A stretch of 64,000 nucleotides of DNA from Eledone cirrhosa (GCA_964016885.1 CAXHJY010000394.1:16271-80270); one strand, 5' to 3'; positions 49,578 to 64,000 are shown, numbered from the stretch's first letter. The notes: generated by a model not told the origin, from the letters alone. Numbers and translations: made by a program.

Positions 49578-51198
49578 ATATATATATATATATATATATA
49601 TACTGTTTATATATGCGTGTGTATGTGCATGTATGTGTACGTTCATACATACATATATATATACATATACATACATGTAAATGTTTATCTATGTAGATAT
49701 ATTTTAAATAACGTTATATATCTGTTTGTTTTGATATTGTTTGTTTTTTATCCTACACTGCTATATGCAATGCCACCATCGTTGTAAATGTCTTGTTATA
49801 ACCCCAATTGTCGCTTTTCTCGTAATGATACAAATCAGTATTGTTATTGTGTAATCAAGTATGTAATTACCATTATAATATGATGAATATTAGTCACTTA
49901 ATTATCAATGATATACTACTCATTTAATAAGGTCATACCAATATATTTAGGTTTCATATACAAACGAAAGTCAATTCATTTAAAAAAAAAAGCACATTTA
50001 AGGTTGAAATGCTTCAATGTAACATAGGAATGATTGATGCCGTTTTAGAAATGTTTCATATTGTAAACTATGACAGAGTATCTCGATATATCACATGGAT
50101 TAGGTTTGCAGTTTTATTAAATTGCATTTAAGAAATATAAATTGGCAGATCGCCAGAACAATATATAGTATTATATTTAATTAGGCCATGCTGGTCGGCT
50201 TTCAAGTTCATGAAGAAACGCTGAAAATTCATATGGTTTCAATTGTCTTATGACTATGACTTATTCCAGAAGCGTATGTGAACAATCATGTTTTGTATAT
50301 TTGAATTTCCTTTTGAGGTACGAAGGTAAAGGTTTTTCTAGAACAGCCTTAAATGTATTTTTTCTATGTGTACACAAGGGAGCTCTAACACATTGTTATG
50401 TAACTTCCTTTCCTGAAAGACATAATTCTATTCAATCAAATAGAAAAATACACTGCTATGTAAATACCAACTATATAAATACATTATTAAATACATGGAG
50501 TTTTCCTCTGTCCGTGACTCATGTGGTTCATATTTAATAGCAGAACAATCTTTGAAGACATGTGGTTTCGCTTGGTTACCTCATTAGCATCTGAAAACTA
50601 CTTTCTGTTTATTTACTTTCCCTTACATACTGACATCTATTTAAGCAGTTGTTAGGACACAAGATACATATATGATTACTATGAGGCTCGCTCTGACGAT
50701 ATATTTGGTGAATTCCAATGAGTAGAAGTAAATTTCAGACGAGAATCTGGTTAAGTCATTCGTTCTGAGATGGTTTCATGAAATACAGAGATATGCACTG
50801 GAAGAATATATAAAAGACAGTTCATAAAATAGTATATATTATATCATACTAGTTAAAGTATAAACGGTTGAAGAAACATGATATTTGCGTCACAGAATGT
50901 TAATGTAACAAACCACTCCGCAACATCTCTGGACCCGAAGTCGAAATCCATCACGAATTGTTGGTATACCATTGAGCTTCTATTAAAGATGGTAGTCTCT
51001 GATATTGCAGACAAAATGCTTGTGAAACAGAACCTGTCACGTAATAAACATATTCAACACCTGCCACCTGCTTTCTTATTCTTCTTTGCTGCAGAGGAAC
51101 ACAATGCATATGTCTGTGAAAGTGATTAGTTTGAAACCCAAGAATAAATTGAAATCTCTACTTATCACACGCAACGCATGTGTATATACATAAGGATG

Positions 51199-51263
<65 letters not shown>

Positions 51264-51500
51264 CATTTCCCACTCTTAGTACGCTGTCACTTAAATATAA
51301 TTATGTATACGTACATACATATATGTATACAGACGTACAGTAGTATGTATATATATATACATGCACACATATATATATATGTACGTATGGATTCACCGAA
51401 CATTTATTATAATGCTCAGTGTGTTTGTAAACAAACATCCCGTATTAAGCCGTAGTGTCTAGCAACCATCGTTGCTCGTTTGTTCAACACCGACAAAGGA

Positions 51501-51543
51501 ACGCTGTACTAGTTTCAAGCTTATTAGCTATCATCAGCAACGT
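51501..51543 (-). ncRNA. Compact type I hammerhead ribozyme motif
   Basis: Reverse complement reads ACGTTG-CTGATGA-TAGCT.AATA.AGCTT-GAAAC-TA-GTA-CAGCGT. Stem III is the palindrome ACTAGT. Confidence 0.85.
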
Positions 51544-51675
51544 ATACGTTCCTGCCAGATGATTGAACGTCTGAAAGTTTATACTTTCCTTATGCATATT
51601 AACGGCTGAGCAGCCTAATTTGCATCTCGATAGCTAATAAGCTTGACGATAGATAATAATCTTGAAACTAGTACA

Positions 51676-52880
51676 CTCAGAATTGCTAACCTTTCATCTA
51701 GCCAGGATGTATTCGATAAAAATGCGACCTTTTATAACGAAGCTTTAGCTAGAAGCGGCCACAAAAACAAATTAGTATATATACCTTGTACTAATAATAC
51801 TACAAACATACAACCCAATATTACCAACAAACACCAAATGAAATATACACACCTAAATGCCACTCACACTATACCCAAAAATACCAACTTAAAACTTTAT
51901 TTCTCTACCTCTTCTAATATACAATATAATAACTTTCAAAAAACCATTCATCCTAATATTCCAATATATGTTAATAACATTACTAACAAAATTCCTAAAA
52001 ATCAGGCTAAAACACCTAAACCAGTGAATCTAACTAAACATATGTGTAATAAAATCACTAATACTAATTCTCTTAGTAAACATCAGGATACATCGTATAA
52101 AAATAAAAAACAACATCGAAACCGTAATAGACGAGTTACTTGGTATATTACTCCATTTAATCTACAAATTAAAGATAATATACCTAAAAAAAATTTTACT
52201 ATCCTAGAGAAAAACTTCCCACCAAACCATAAATACCATCAAATTTTAAATAGATCAACGGTCAGATTCTCCTACTCCACAACCAAAAATATACAACAAA
52301 ATATAAGTGCCTACAATGCATATAAATGTAAAAAAACACATGAATATACCACCAACCATAATACTAAAATAAACCACAGCAACCCACCATCTCATTCACA
52401 TACAACAAGTCGAGAAAATTCCAAACCTAATTTGATTAACTCCCCTGATATAACATTCACGAAAGGTTGTAACTGTAGAAACAAAGCAAATTGCCCATTA
52501 AAAGGAAATTGCCTTATTAACATAGTATAATTAGCCCTAAGGACTCAACTTATTCATATATAGGAGCTACTTCTAACCAATTTAAAGTAAGATTTAATAC
52601 CCACAAACACAGTTTTAAAAATGCCGCATTAGCTAATACAACATCCTTAGCTGAAATAATTAATAATTATAGAAAAAAGAATATCGATTATAACCTGACC
52701 TGCAGTGTGCTCAAAAGGGCCACCCCTTATCAAAATAATAGATATGAATGTAGATTATGTTCCCAGGAACTTTTTGAAATAATGAAATCTAAGGATATCC
52801 TATTAAATAAGCGACAAGAATTAATTATATCGTGCAATCATAGAATTAGAAAAACTTTCAAATATTATAAACCTAATTAA
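51676..52880 (+). pseudogene. Naiad-like PLE ORF relic (RT thumb, linker, GIY-YIG)
   Basis: RIANLSSSQDVF…YNEALARSG, VTWYITPFN, ILNRSTVRFSYSTT, CNCRNKANCPLKGNCL, then frameshifted YIGATSNQFKVRFNTHKHSF, CRLCSQE, LNKRQELIISCNHR. Confidence 0.9.
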
Positions 52881-53587
52881 TATACACTTATATTTTACAA
52901 ATTATCATAATTAATTTTTTTAAATTAGTTAAGCTATAATTTATATTCTACTACTAAGAACTGCATAATTTTATTTCCCTTTTACAGCTATCTTTTCCTA
53001 AAATTTATACCAATAAGTATACATATAAACTATTTAAATTTCCTGTTATGAATCTAAATTCCTTGTAATCTATATAAGTTTGTTATTTCTCACTAATACA
53101 TTTATCCCCCTCCAAAAATGTTTTTCCTTCGTTTTTAACAACATTCTTTAATAATATCTAACTCTTATTTATCATATCTATATGAATTAATATAAATTTA
53201 TCCCTATAAATATACCTATCAATTAAATTAATTTAATTTCTTTTTATAGATCTAAATTCCTTATGTTTTAAATAGGATTGATATTTTTCACTAACACATT
53301 TATCGTAAAATTTTATTCTCCTTAGATTTTAACATTAGCATTATTCTTTAATAACATCAAATTTTCGTGTACCTTTCACCGGCTTGACCTATTTTCATCC
53401 CCAAAGTAATCTTTTCATTCAAAATACTCTTTCCATTCAAAACTGAAGTATGCATGCTTCTACCCCTAAATTAAATTTCTACTACCTCTATTCTATCAAC
53501 TTGACCACTTACTACTTTTCTATTGGTCAATTCAAAACCTGTTCCCAAATAGTAAATCTTTGTTGTTTTTTTTTTAATAAACAAATA

Positions 53588-53723
53588 CATTATTTCTGAA
53601 GACAGCATATATATGTGTAGGTATGTATATTCCCTCTGATAGTTTATAAAATTTTTACATAGATCTATATGATATACATACCAACACACACATATATATC
53701 CTAGAAACGATCGTAAAATGATG
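53588..53723 (+). ncRNA. Type I hammerhead motif with a ~100-nt stem II domain, in the 3' pLTR of the 51676 PLE
   Basis: CATTATTT-CTGAAGA-[ATATATATGTGT.GGTATGTATAT…ATATACATACC…ACACATATATAT]-GAAAC-GATC-GTA-AAATGATG. Confidence 0.8.
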
Positions 53724-53910
53724 AATTTTTAATATAAGGAACTGTTTCTTTGTTTTTATTCATTATTTTTATTAATTTATCTTGACTCTGTTTTCCTGTG
53801 TTTTTCATCGAAAAAAATTTGAATACATCTTCTCTTTTCATGATATTTGGATTACATTGAGTTCTTCATACGGATTGGACACTACCGTATATTTTGGTAG
53901 ATTTATCTAC

Positions 53911-54260
<350 letters not shown>

Positions 54261-54291
54261 AGATCAAAAGATGGTTAAAAGAGTTCCATGT

Positions 54292-54360
54292 ATTTTATTA
54301 TGCGCATTTCAAAAATAAATATCATCATGCGATGACATCTGCGTTTTCGTCAGATAAAAT
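54292..54360 (-). ncRNA. Type I hammerhead ribozyme motif
   Basis: Reverse complement reads ATTTTAT-CTGACGA-[..AGATGTCATC/GATGATATTT..]-GAAA-TGCGCA-TA-ATAAAAT. Stem III is the palindrome ATGCGCAT. Confidence 0.85.
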
Positions 54361-55269
54361 AGGGAGACATGATATGAAGGTTAAAAAGCACTTGTGAATA
54401 GTGCAGTTTTAAATCAACATATGAAAAGTAGTTTAAGATTGATATGTGATATTGGGGAAAAAATGAGGGGGGGGGATGAAAAAGAGGAGGAGATGAGAGT
54501 AAAGAATGGAGAGGGAGGAGTATAATAAGGAAGGATGAGATAGGAGGAGTGATGAGTGATAAAGAGAGAGAGATAGCTTTTATAACTGAGAAAAAATATA
54601 TTGTTTTACAGACAGAGAGAGGTTAAAAAACCGTTGGAAGATAATATATAAATTAAAAGAATTTGAAAATTAATGAATAGAAAAATTAAGAATAATGTTA
54701 AATTACGGTTTGTATATTGAAGGGTTTAATAATATGTGCGATGAAAAGAAATTGTTAATATGTATTAAGAATAATATTAAATTAAGGTTTGAACATTGAA
54801 GGGTTTAATAATATGTGCGATGGAAAGAAATTGTTGATATGTATTATTAAAATAAAAATAGTAATGTTATTAAGGATATAATGTGAAAAGAAGTAGAAGA
54901 GTGGATGAATTATGAATTTAGAGGAATTAGTTAGTGTTTAAGTTTGTTTTTATGTAATGTAATATGTATGTGTAATATATGTCAATAGTTTGTTTACAAA
55001 TGAGCGCAGAAAGCAAAGAAGGAGATAGTGTTTAAGGAAGAGAAGACCTTAACATCAAAATATGTATGTTTATGAAGTATTTCCTAATGGTAATAGTATA
55101 ATGTAATAAAGGAGATTAGTTAGGGTTTAAGTTTGTTTTTATGTATTGTGATGTGTAATATGTAAAAGTTAGACGAGCATGAAAGGGAGAAAAAAATAAT
55201 GAATTGAGGATGAATAATCTAACGTAAGAAAAAATGTTTATGTTTACGAAGGATTTTTAAAGGTGATAC

Positions 55270-56695
55270 TATAAAGTATTTAAAATGGTAATAGTAAGTT
55301 TTATGGCCAGTGATAGGATGGAAGAAGGAAGTGTGGATATATTGTGCGGAGTAATAATGAGAATTGAGAAGTATCTAGGAAGAAAAGGTACAGATTAGAG
55401 GTTAGAAATTAAAAGAAAAAAGGAAAACAGGAAGAAAGGGAAGTGATAAATAGGAATGATATAGAATGAGTAACTAGTATTATATAATGTATAATAAAAA
55501 GCATTGAAATAAGGTAGAAAGATGGGTATATTTTTAAAGAAATATATATATATATACGCCTTTGAGAAAAAGGATTTTAAATTGGTATTTAAAAGACGAA
55601 TGAAGATTATAAAGACGAGCTTTAAAGGAGGTGGAAGTGGAGCCAAAATAGGTAAAGGAATTTGTGTCAGTTATAACTTTACATTCATGGATTAAGTTTT
55701 TTTCAAGACAATGGTTGTTGAGAGAACATTAATTTTAACAGGGCAATTACAATTGCGATTAGAGAAATTAACAGAGTTATTAACAAGTGACCTAGTGTTA
55801 TCTATAGGAGGAATTGGATTGGAGAAGTTATTTACGATAGGAATAATAGTTTCTTGATTTAGATTGGGATTACGAACATTTAACGAAGTTACGTTTGACG
55901 TCGTATTTGGGTTTGCAGAAATTAGCCTAGAGTTAACAATGATGTCGGGAGTACTATTGCTATTATTATGATATTCAGTGTTGGAAGGAAGAGATTTAGT
56001 ATTTAGTATTTTATTGTTGTGTTTAGAGATAATGTTGGAGATGTTGGAGGAGGTCGAATAGGAAAATTTTATAGTATGTTTGTTAAATATTTTACTATAG
56101 ATATGTGAGGGAGGGAAGCATTTATTTAAGGCACTAAAGAATAATTTAGGAATATTATTATTAATAGAGATGGAGAAAGGAGCATTATACCAGATTATAT
56201 TTTTGTATCTAGGTCTTTTATTAAAGTTATTGGAATAATCATGATTAATTATTTTACTGTAAGTTCTTCTAGGATTGGTTTCTTTACTGTATTTGATTTT
56301 ATCAGGATAACCGGCTTTAGAAAGCGCGTTATTATAGTAATTGGCGTTAGCATCAAAGATGTTTTTATTAGATGATAGGTTTGATATTCTTTTTCCAATA
56401 TTACTAACTATAGCATTTTTAATGTTAGTGGGGTGGTTAGATTTAAAATTAACATAATTTAGATTCTCATTGTTTATATGGTAAGGGTAATATAGGCCAG
56501 TGTCAAGATTAAGAGATATATCCAAGAAGTTAGCTAGTTTGATGTTGTTATCAAATTCAATTTTTAAGTTATGTTGGTTAAAGAGATCACGTATATTGTT
56601 CTTAATAATATTAAGGTTAACTATGTTGCAATTTAAGATAGTAAAAAGTCCATCATCCCGATAAATTCCACCGCGAAGTTGAGGAATTTTCCGAT
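55270..56695 (-). pseudogene. Naiad-like PLE ORF relic (RT YRDD through decayed GIY-YIG); element extends to ~54260
   Basis: GIYRDDGL, NFLDISLNL, YVNFKSNHP, IIWYNAPFS, IFNKHTIKFSYSTS, CNC, then frameshifted YFGSTSTSFKARLYN. Confidence 0.9.
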
Positions 56696-57679
<984 letters not shown>

Positions 57680-57958
57680 GAAATATGTGTGTGTGTCTGT
57701 TTGTCTGAAAATATACAGAAACCACATTTAAATCACCATAAAATATGTAGTAATGACGAACCAGGTTTTAGTCTTTGAAGATTGAATAGTAAGTACTTTT
57801 CTCTGCCATCATACATCTCTAAAAGTCTTAAGATTTAATGATCGCTTTTCTCCGTTCAGTATTAAATAACAATTTATGACCTATGATCAAAATACCTTAA
57901 CTATCTTTGCTATAATAATTCATAGGATAGAGTCTTTCGTTTGATTAACATCTGTATT

Positions 57959-58222
57959 CAGTACCGTAGCTAGAGGGGATGAGGAAGGTGGTCCGCCCAG
58001 GCAACACTTTTATGGGGGCGGCACTTTTGGGTCTGCTGTAGGCTATAAGCGTTCTTTTAATGCTGCAGCATAATATTATAATCGTACACAGACTAGTTAA
58101 TATATAACTTCAAGTGTAAATATATATATATATATTAAGAGCAATATGTATTTTTGGTGGGGGCTCGGAGGCAGCAAACTGAAGGGTTGCCCCGAGCGGC
58201 ACACACTCTAGTTACGTTACTG
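57959..58222. mobile_element. hAT-type MITE
   Basis: TIRs CAGTACCGTAGCTAGAG/CTCTAGTTACGTTACTG. 8-bp TSD TCTGTATT/TCTATATT. Confidence 0.8.
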
Positions 58223-59366
58223 TCTATATTGAAATCATAACGCAATATCGTGCTGAGAATATGCATTAGAATGTACGGTAAAATCCGTGACTAATCGTGA
58301 GGAACTAATGACCAAAATGTTGAATGTTTACATCCTATTACTTGCATTGAAGGAGACATCTTGATAATACCAATGTTTTAATTTGAATCGGTTTCATTAG
58401 TTACCAATAGAATAACTATCCATCATAACACGAAATTCAAGTACTATGGCAATGTTGTAATGAGTTATATATTACTTTGAAATTACATTGATACTATTTA
58501 AATAAAATGAGGGAAAGAGACAGATTATTATTAGAGGAAATAAATGAAAAGAAAGAAGCAGAAAATGTTCGTAGTTTATAAGACATTCTTTTGATATGTT
58601 ATAATTAGTATGTTGTATTTGCGTTGTCCAATGTACATTGTTATATGATGAATATTTATCTCTGATAAAGACACTACATTCACTTCACGTTCAATTTTAT
58701 AATATAAATATTAAAATATATCCATGAAAACTATTTTGAGCATCCACAGCTAGAATGCGACAAATATGCAATAATCGGTTCTTATTTTTAGGTGGGGGAA
58801 TTTCTAGAGCATAAACATGTAAAATCTATTATCTTATAATAGATTTTACAGTTAATATTTTGTAACTTTTAATTGAACACTCTATTTGTTTGCATAGGGT
58901 GTTTTTAGCTGATTTCTGGCATTCAGTTTCTCACCATCTGATCATATACATGTGAGTTAATATAATATGTATTTCAATGTCAAATAATATAATGTTTGAT
59001 TTAATTCAATTATGTTTCAATCTACTCCATGTCATGAATTTAGATGCGTTCAATATGGTGATATATTGTTAAGAAATAAAATCTCGGCAGTGACAATGCA
59101 ATCAAGATTGAGTAAATACTGAACGTTATTAAACATCATCTATTCAATATTTTCTTCTTTGTATGAAAATTTCTGGAAAATACATTTTATTTCGGGAATT
59201 CTATTACAGTTAAAAAAAAAAAAAAAAATCTTGTACTCTCATTATTCACGTAAATTACAAATAATGAATGAAACTGAAGAGAATAATTTGAACTACATAA
59301 GTGTAAGTACATTTTGATTGAGTCGTTAATATTTTAATGCCATGTGGTATGAGACATGCAGCATCA

Positions 59367-59548
59367 TTGGCAGTATCGGTAGAGGGTCGGACGCCATGCT
59401 TTGACGTATAGAGTTACGGCCCTTGCCATTCTGAGTTCAAATCCCGCCGAGGTTAACTTTGCCTTTCATCCTTACGGGGTCGATTAAATAAAGTACCAGT
59501 AATGCACTGGGTAATTGCTGGCCTTGTGCCTAACGTAGAAACAATTAT
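59367..59548 (+). mobile_element. Meta-type tRNA-derived SINE
   Basis: Consensus shared with the other copies. Confidence 0.88.
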
Positions 59549-60978
59549 ATCTTCAATACAACACAGTGTATATGACCTATAACAGAATTTGCAGTATACG
59601 AAGCTTTGCAAGCATGAATAGATTTTGGAGCTATATCGGATCTAACTATATTACACATTGCAGCTCTTAATTTCGACATTTCAGGCAACAAATGTCACTT
59701 ATGTGAAATTTCATGAGTTAATTACTTGCAGGGTGGTATAGTTTACTAGAACAGAGCTTCGACAGTAAATGTCTTTAAATCTGACTTCTGTGTAACGGAA
59801 ACAATTGAAATATTCAAATCAGGATTTATCAAACTCGCTTTGTTCAGTGTGAAATGTTGGTAAACATTAAACTAAAATATAAAATATGAACGATCTCTGG
59901 TCTCCTAATAAAGTGTATATTGATCTAATACATGTCTGTCATTTTAAAACTACATAGTCGATATATTTATAGATAGATAGATAGATAGATAAATAGATGC
60001 ATGCGCATATTTACAGCTATATCTATATGAGTTTATTATTTAAGACTTATAAAATCCCCACTCAAACGTGAAGATATATATACTAACTAGCATGTACTTT
60101 TAAGAAAATACTTTTATTCTTCAAGTGCAATTTCCCATTGGCACAACCAGAAGTGATATAAAATAGCTAAACAACCAACAAGAAGAACTAATAGTTTTAA
60201 TTATATTCAAATGCACTATACACTCATATTTATGTAATTTGGTTAATAGATATATATATTCAGAAAGCAAGTAACTCTATGAAAGCTGTAGCTCCATTAA
60301 AATATTTTTCCTCTTTACGCAATACAACTGTGTGCTATTCTATCTCAAGTAGTTTCGAATCAGGAAATTACTTTTTAAGCTGTTTGGATAAACCATCTGT
60401 TGTTAGTATATCTATAGTTGTTCCAGATGCAGGAATATAAATAAGACTTGTATATTATACTTTTTGTCGTACTATCGACAGCCTGAAGAGAAGATAAGTA
60501 TTTTCAAAAGAAACCGTGAATAATTTCTTCTTCGTCTATTGATACTTCGGATTTGTACATGCTGCAATCGAAATAAAGAGTCATATCAGTTGAAACATAT
60601 ACAACGCCTGTTGTATTCCCTTTCCGATTATTTCTCAATTGTACAGTCTATTTTGAAGTGTATAAAAGTTTTGTCCCACTTATGCAATCTAGACACTGTG
60701 ACAATTAAACCACATATACTAAAAATAATTTATTGCTGAGAATTTACAGATTCAATAAGTTGCTTCCCTTTTTGTTGTCTTTTGTTTAAAACCCTTTTTG
60801 TTTCCCCCTTGTTTCTTTCTTTTCAGAGATTCTGCTTTAAGCACGCTCAGTCAAATTTCGACCTTTCCAAATCACTCCTACGCACAATTTGAACGACTGA
60901 AACCATAACTTGATTTTGTTTCACCTTTTGTATTTTGGTGTTCACCACTTAATATTTAAATATTTAAATGTAAACAAG

Positions 60979-61017
<39 letters not shown>

Positions 61018-61220
61018 TCAATGGAGGGAGGGAGGGAACCACACTAATTGAGGTACTCAATGCATTAGTAAAGTACATACAACAAATTTTATTGTTTCAT
61101 TCAAGACAGCTCTAGTCCTGTAGAGCCCATTTATGTATAAAATTTGCTCTACGGGTTTTTATATATATTTATATAATCCTTATCGAGCCCTCTTCGGCTT
61201 TTAGTCTTCACATTTATTAT

Positions 61221-61257
<37 letters not shown>

Positions 61258-61388
61258 TTTAGTTATACACACGAGAGAAGTGTTCAATATATATAGCAGA
61301 GTATATTTTCAATTAATTGAAGACGTAGCTTAGCTCCATCACCAGTAGTCACGGATTAAGTCTGTAGCTTCGAATAAATCAATAGTAA

Positions 61389-61461
<73 letters not shown>

Positions 61462-61698
61462 TATGAAGAGAGAAGAAACATTTAGATACAATTAGTAATA
61501 AAATGTATCATACCTAAACTGCTCCTTCTGCGGCCTCGATATGAATACCCCCTCCGCCTCCGTGGTATTTTCTTCGTGGTTATAAGAGGCTTAGCTCTGT
61601 TTCTCGACCGTTATATCGCGTGACTATCTCCCTCTCCGCCTTTTGGGATTCTTTCTCACGTCGTGTAGACGCGTTCTTGAGACTAGTAAAATGAGGTA

Positions 61699-61788
61699 TC
61701 CTCTTGATAAGTCGGCAGACCTCGCAGGGACTCTATATCTTTATGATATATTGTTTTTGTTTATGCCACGAAACTACGTAGTCGAGGA
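61699..61788 (+). ncRNA. Type I hammerhead motif with U3-A8 core, long stem II and palindromic stem III
   Basis: TCCTC-TTGATAA-GTCGGCAGAC…GTTTATGCCAC-GAAAC-TACGTA-GTC-GAGGA. Confidence 0.82.
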
Positions 61789-62295
61789 ATTTAGGAGCAG
61801 TTTAGGTATGATACATTTTATTACTAATTGTATCTAAATGTTTCTTCTCTCTTCATAATGTATTTTTAACTCTGATACTGGTTCAGTCTAGTTCAACTGA
61901 ATTGGTCTGTCCCCGTCATTCATTGAGCAACATCGGTGAAGTTGGCACCCTTAACTCACAGTTGGGTGCGGATGCATTGATGTATATATGTGTGTGTGTC
62001 CGCATGTATCTGTGTGTTTCTAAATATATTGTTAATAACTCCCTCTGGTCGAGCAATCTTTGAAGTGTGGGGACAACTGGAAAGCTTCCATTACTCATAC
62101 TTCTAGCCTTCTTCACCACCTCTTCTGCGGCCTCGATATGAATACCCCCTCCGCCTCCGTGGTATTTTCTTCGTGGTTATAAGAGGCTTAGCTCTGTTTC
62201 TCGACCGTTATATCGCGTGACTAACTTCCCCTCCGCCTTTTGGGATTCTTTCTCACGTCGTGTAGACGCGTTCTTGAGACTAGTAAAATGAGGTA

Positions 62296-62385
62296 TCCTC
62301 TTGATAAGTCGGCAGACCTCGCAGGGACTCTATATCTTTATGATATATTGTTTTTGTTTATGCCACGAAACTACGTAGTCGAGGA
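62296..62385 (+). ncRNA. Second copy of the U3-A8 hammerhead motif
   Basis: Identical to 61699-61788. Confidence 0.82.
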
Positions 62386-62626
62386 ATTTAGGAGCAGTTT
62401 AGGTATGATACATTTTATTACTAATTGTATCTAAATGTTTCTTCTCTCTTCATAATGTATTTTTAACTCTGATACTGGTTCAGTCTAGTTCAACTGAATT
62501 GGTCTGTCCCGGTCATTCATTGAGCAACATCGGTGAAGTTGGCACCCTTAACTCACAGTTGGGTGCGGATGCATTCATGTATATATGTGTGTGTCCGCAT
62601 GTATCTGTGTGTTTCTAAATATATTG

Positions 62627-62679
<53 letters not shown>

Positions 62680-62681
<2 letters not shown>

Positions 62682-62801
62682 AACTAGTAAGACCCCGACG
62701 GCTGAGCTCAAGCCGTTTTTCCTATTACCCACTCTACTACCCTGAGTATTGAGTACTTTGGTGCGTTATGGTCCACCTGGTTCCTTACCACATTTCCTTC
62801 G

Positions 62802-62803
<2 letters not shown>
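62680..62803 (+). mobile_element. Minimal derivative of the 23460-25800 family (inverted stub plus tail)
   Basis: AGAACTAGTAAGACCCCGACGGCTGAGCTCAAGCCGTTT is joined to TTCCTATTACCCACTCTACTACC…TTCCTTCGTT. Confidence 0.8.
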
Positions 62804-62872
<69 letters not shown>

Positions 62873-63280
62873 AGAGAGAGAGAGAGGGGGGAGAGAGAGA
62901 GTGAGAAAGAGAGAGAGATCACAGACACATACAGAGTAACATAGGTACACATACACAACACACATATGTGTCCGGGCTTGGGCGTGTATCATTAACTATT
63001 TGTTTTTCCCAGAGAAGCGAAATAAAATCCAGTGGTATTTTTTCCCCTTTCGTTCTTTTTAATTGAGTGATACACATTATCAATGTCTGATTAGGACTGA
63101 TATTTCACACGAGAGAAATATGGGATTTGGGCGTCCATGCTTTTGATCATAAGTCTACTCGGTCAAGGTTGACGGGGAACAAAGCCAGTATAAATCACAT
63201 GCACAAACACACCTACACAAATATATATACATACACACATATATGAATGAATATGTATTATGAATATATATATATATATA

Positions 63281-63384
63281 CATATTGTGTCCCCCAAAAT
63301 GTATACACACTTTGATTACCTGTACAGGGCATATTCATTAGAATGTTGTTGAAGTATGTATATATTTTTGGGGACACCCTGTGT
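63281..63384. mobile_element. Degenerate Tc1/mariner-type MITE
   Basis: Imperfect TIRs GTGTCCCCCAAAATGTATACA / TGTATATATTTTTGGGGACAC in a TA context. Confidence 0.55.
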
Positions 63385-64000
63385 ATATATATATATATAT
63401 ATATCCAATATTTTACATGGTCTTCAACTACATTACACTTTAGCAGGCGTATAAAGGTAAATGTTAGGTAGTCCAACTAGTTGTAAAAAGCTTCTGTCAG
63501 ATGCATGACGTTACTATAACCGAGGTTATTCGGTACACATATTGTTTTAGGTGTTCAGCGTTTTATTATATATAGAAACTATTTTTAAAATATGAAATAG
63601 CTATATTTGTTATCAATAATGACTCATTTTATGAATATGTAATGTTTCAAAATGAGAAACTGCTTGTCTCCTAACGTGTAGAGAGGAAAGTGAGATATGT
63701 GTGTGAAAATAATCACTGTGAATTTAAATTTTCATTATTGTGTAGTACGACGATGCACGGTGATGTTATTGTTAAGCTTTACGCCTGATAATTAAAAAAA
63801 AAAAAACATATGACCTAAGATGTTACAACGGTAACCAGTTTTCAAATTTAATGTCATTCCTGACTTTAAAATGATATGATTGGAGTGAACATGTATTTGT
63901 GTTTATTGTGTACATAGGGAAGAGGGGCTATGTTCAATGTTAATGTTCAGGTGTACTCTTTCGGTTCCAACCCTTGCGAAACTAAGACAAAAAATGGATT

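Larger units (their letters stand above)
61456..62629 (+). mobile_element. Non-coding retrozyme-like tandem (597-bp period) with an inverted 5' fragment, in (TA)n
   Basis: 61525-62034 repeats at 62122-62629, near-identical. 61456-61526 inverts 61792-61863. One HHR per unit. Confidence 0.85.

Noticed and set aside
61081-61225. Minus-strand CCGAAGA-GGGCTC motif shared with 17949-17995
   Set aside because: A short repeat in TA context, but no matching stem II/GAAA arrangement could be built.
61643-62434. Two identical 64-aa ORFs
   Set aside because: They start at TTG, overlap the HHR and show no recognisable motif. They are by-products of the tandem duplication.

Overview
AT-rich eukaryotic DNA with abundant (TA)n, (CA)n, (GATA)n and (CATA)n microsatellites and no recognisable host protein-coding gene. 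Most listed ORFs are microsatellite artefacts. The repeat content suggests a mollusc, probably an octopus-like cephalopod (inference). The window is a patchwork of transposable-element relics: four decayed Penelope-like elements (PLEs; RT plus CxC-x5-CPL linker plus C-terminal GIY-YIG, Naiad-like, ending in (TA)n), a 5'-truncated Tx1/L1-clade LINE in (GATA)n, CRE-like and R4/Dong-like 3' fragments, tRNA-derived Meta- and CORE-type SINEs, a non-autonomous Helitron, and hAT and Tc1/mariner MITEs. The main hidden signal is RNA structure. Reading both strands by eye gives about 25 type I hammerhead ribozyme (HHR) motifs from more than a dozen different pLTR families. Four unrelated families carry the compensatory U3-A8 core instead of C3-G8, stem III is usually a family-specific palindrome, and some motifs have a very long stem II. 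Many sit in small non-coding 'fold-back + tail' units in (TA)n, including a 597-bp retrozyme-like tandem and a ~210-bp fixed-end HHR element present three times. All calls are manual; no searches or folding programs were run.
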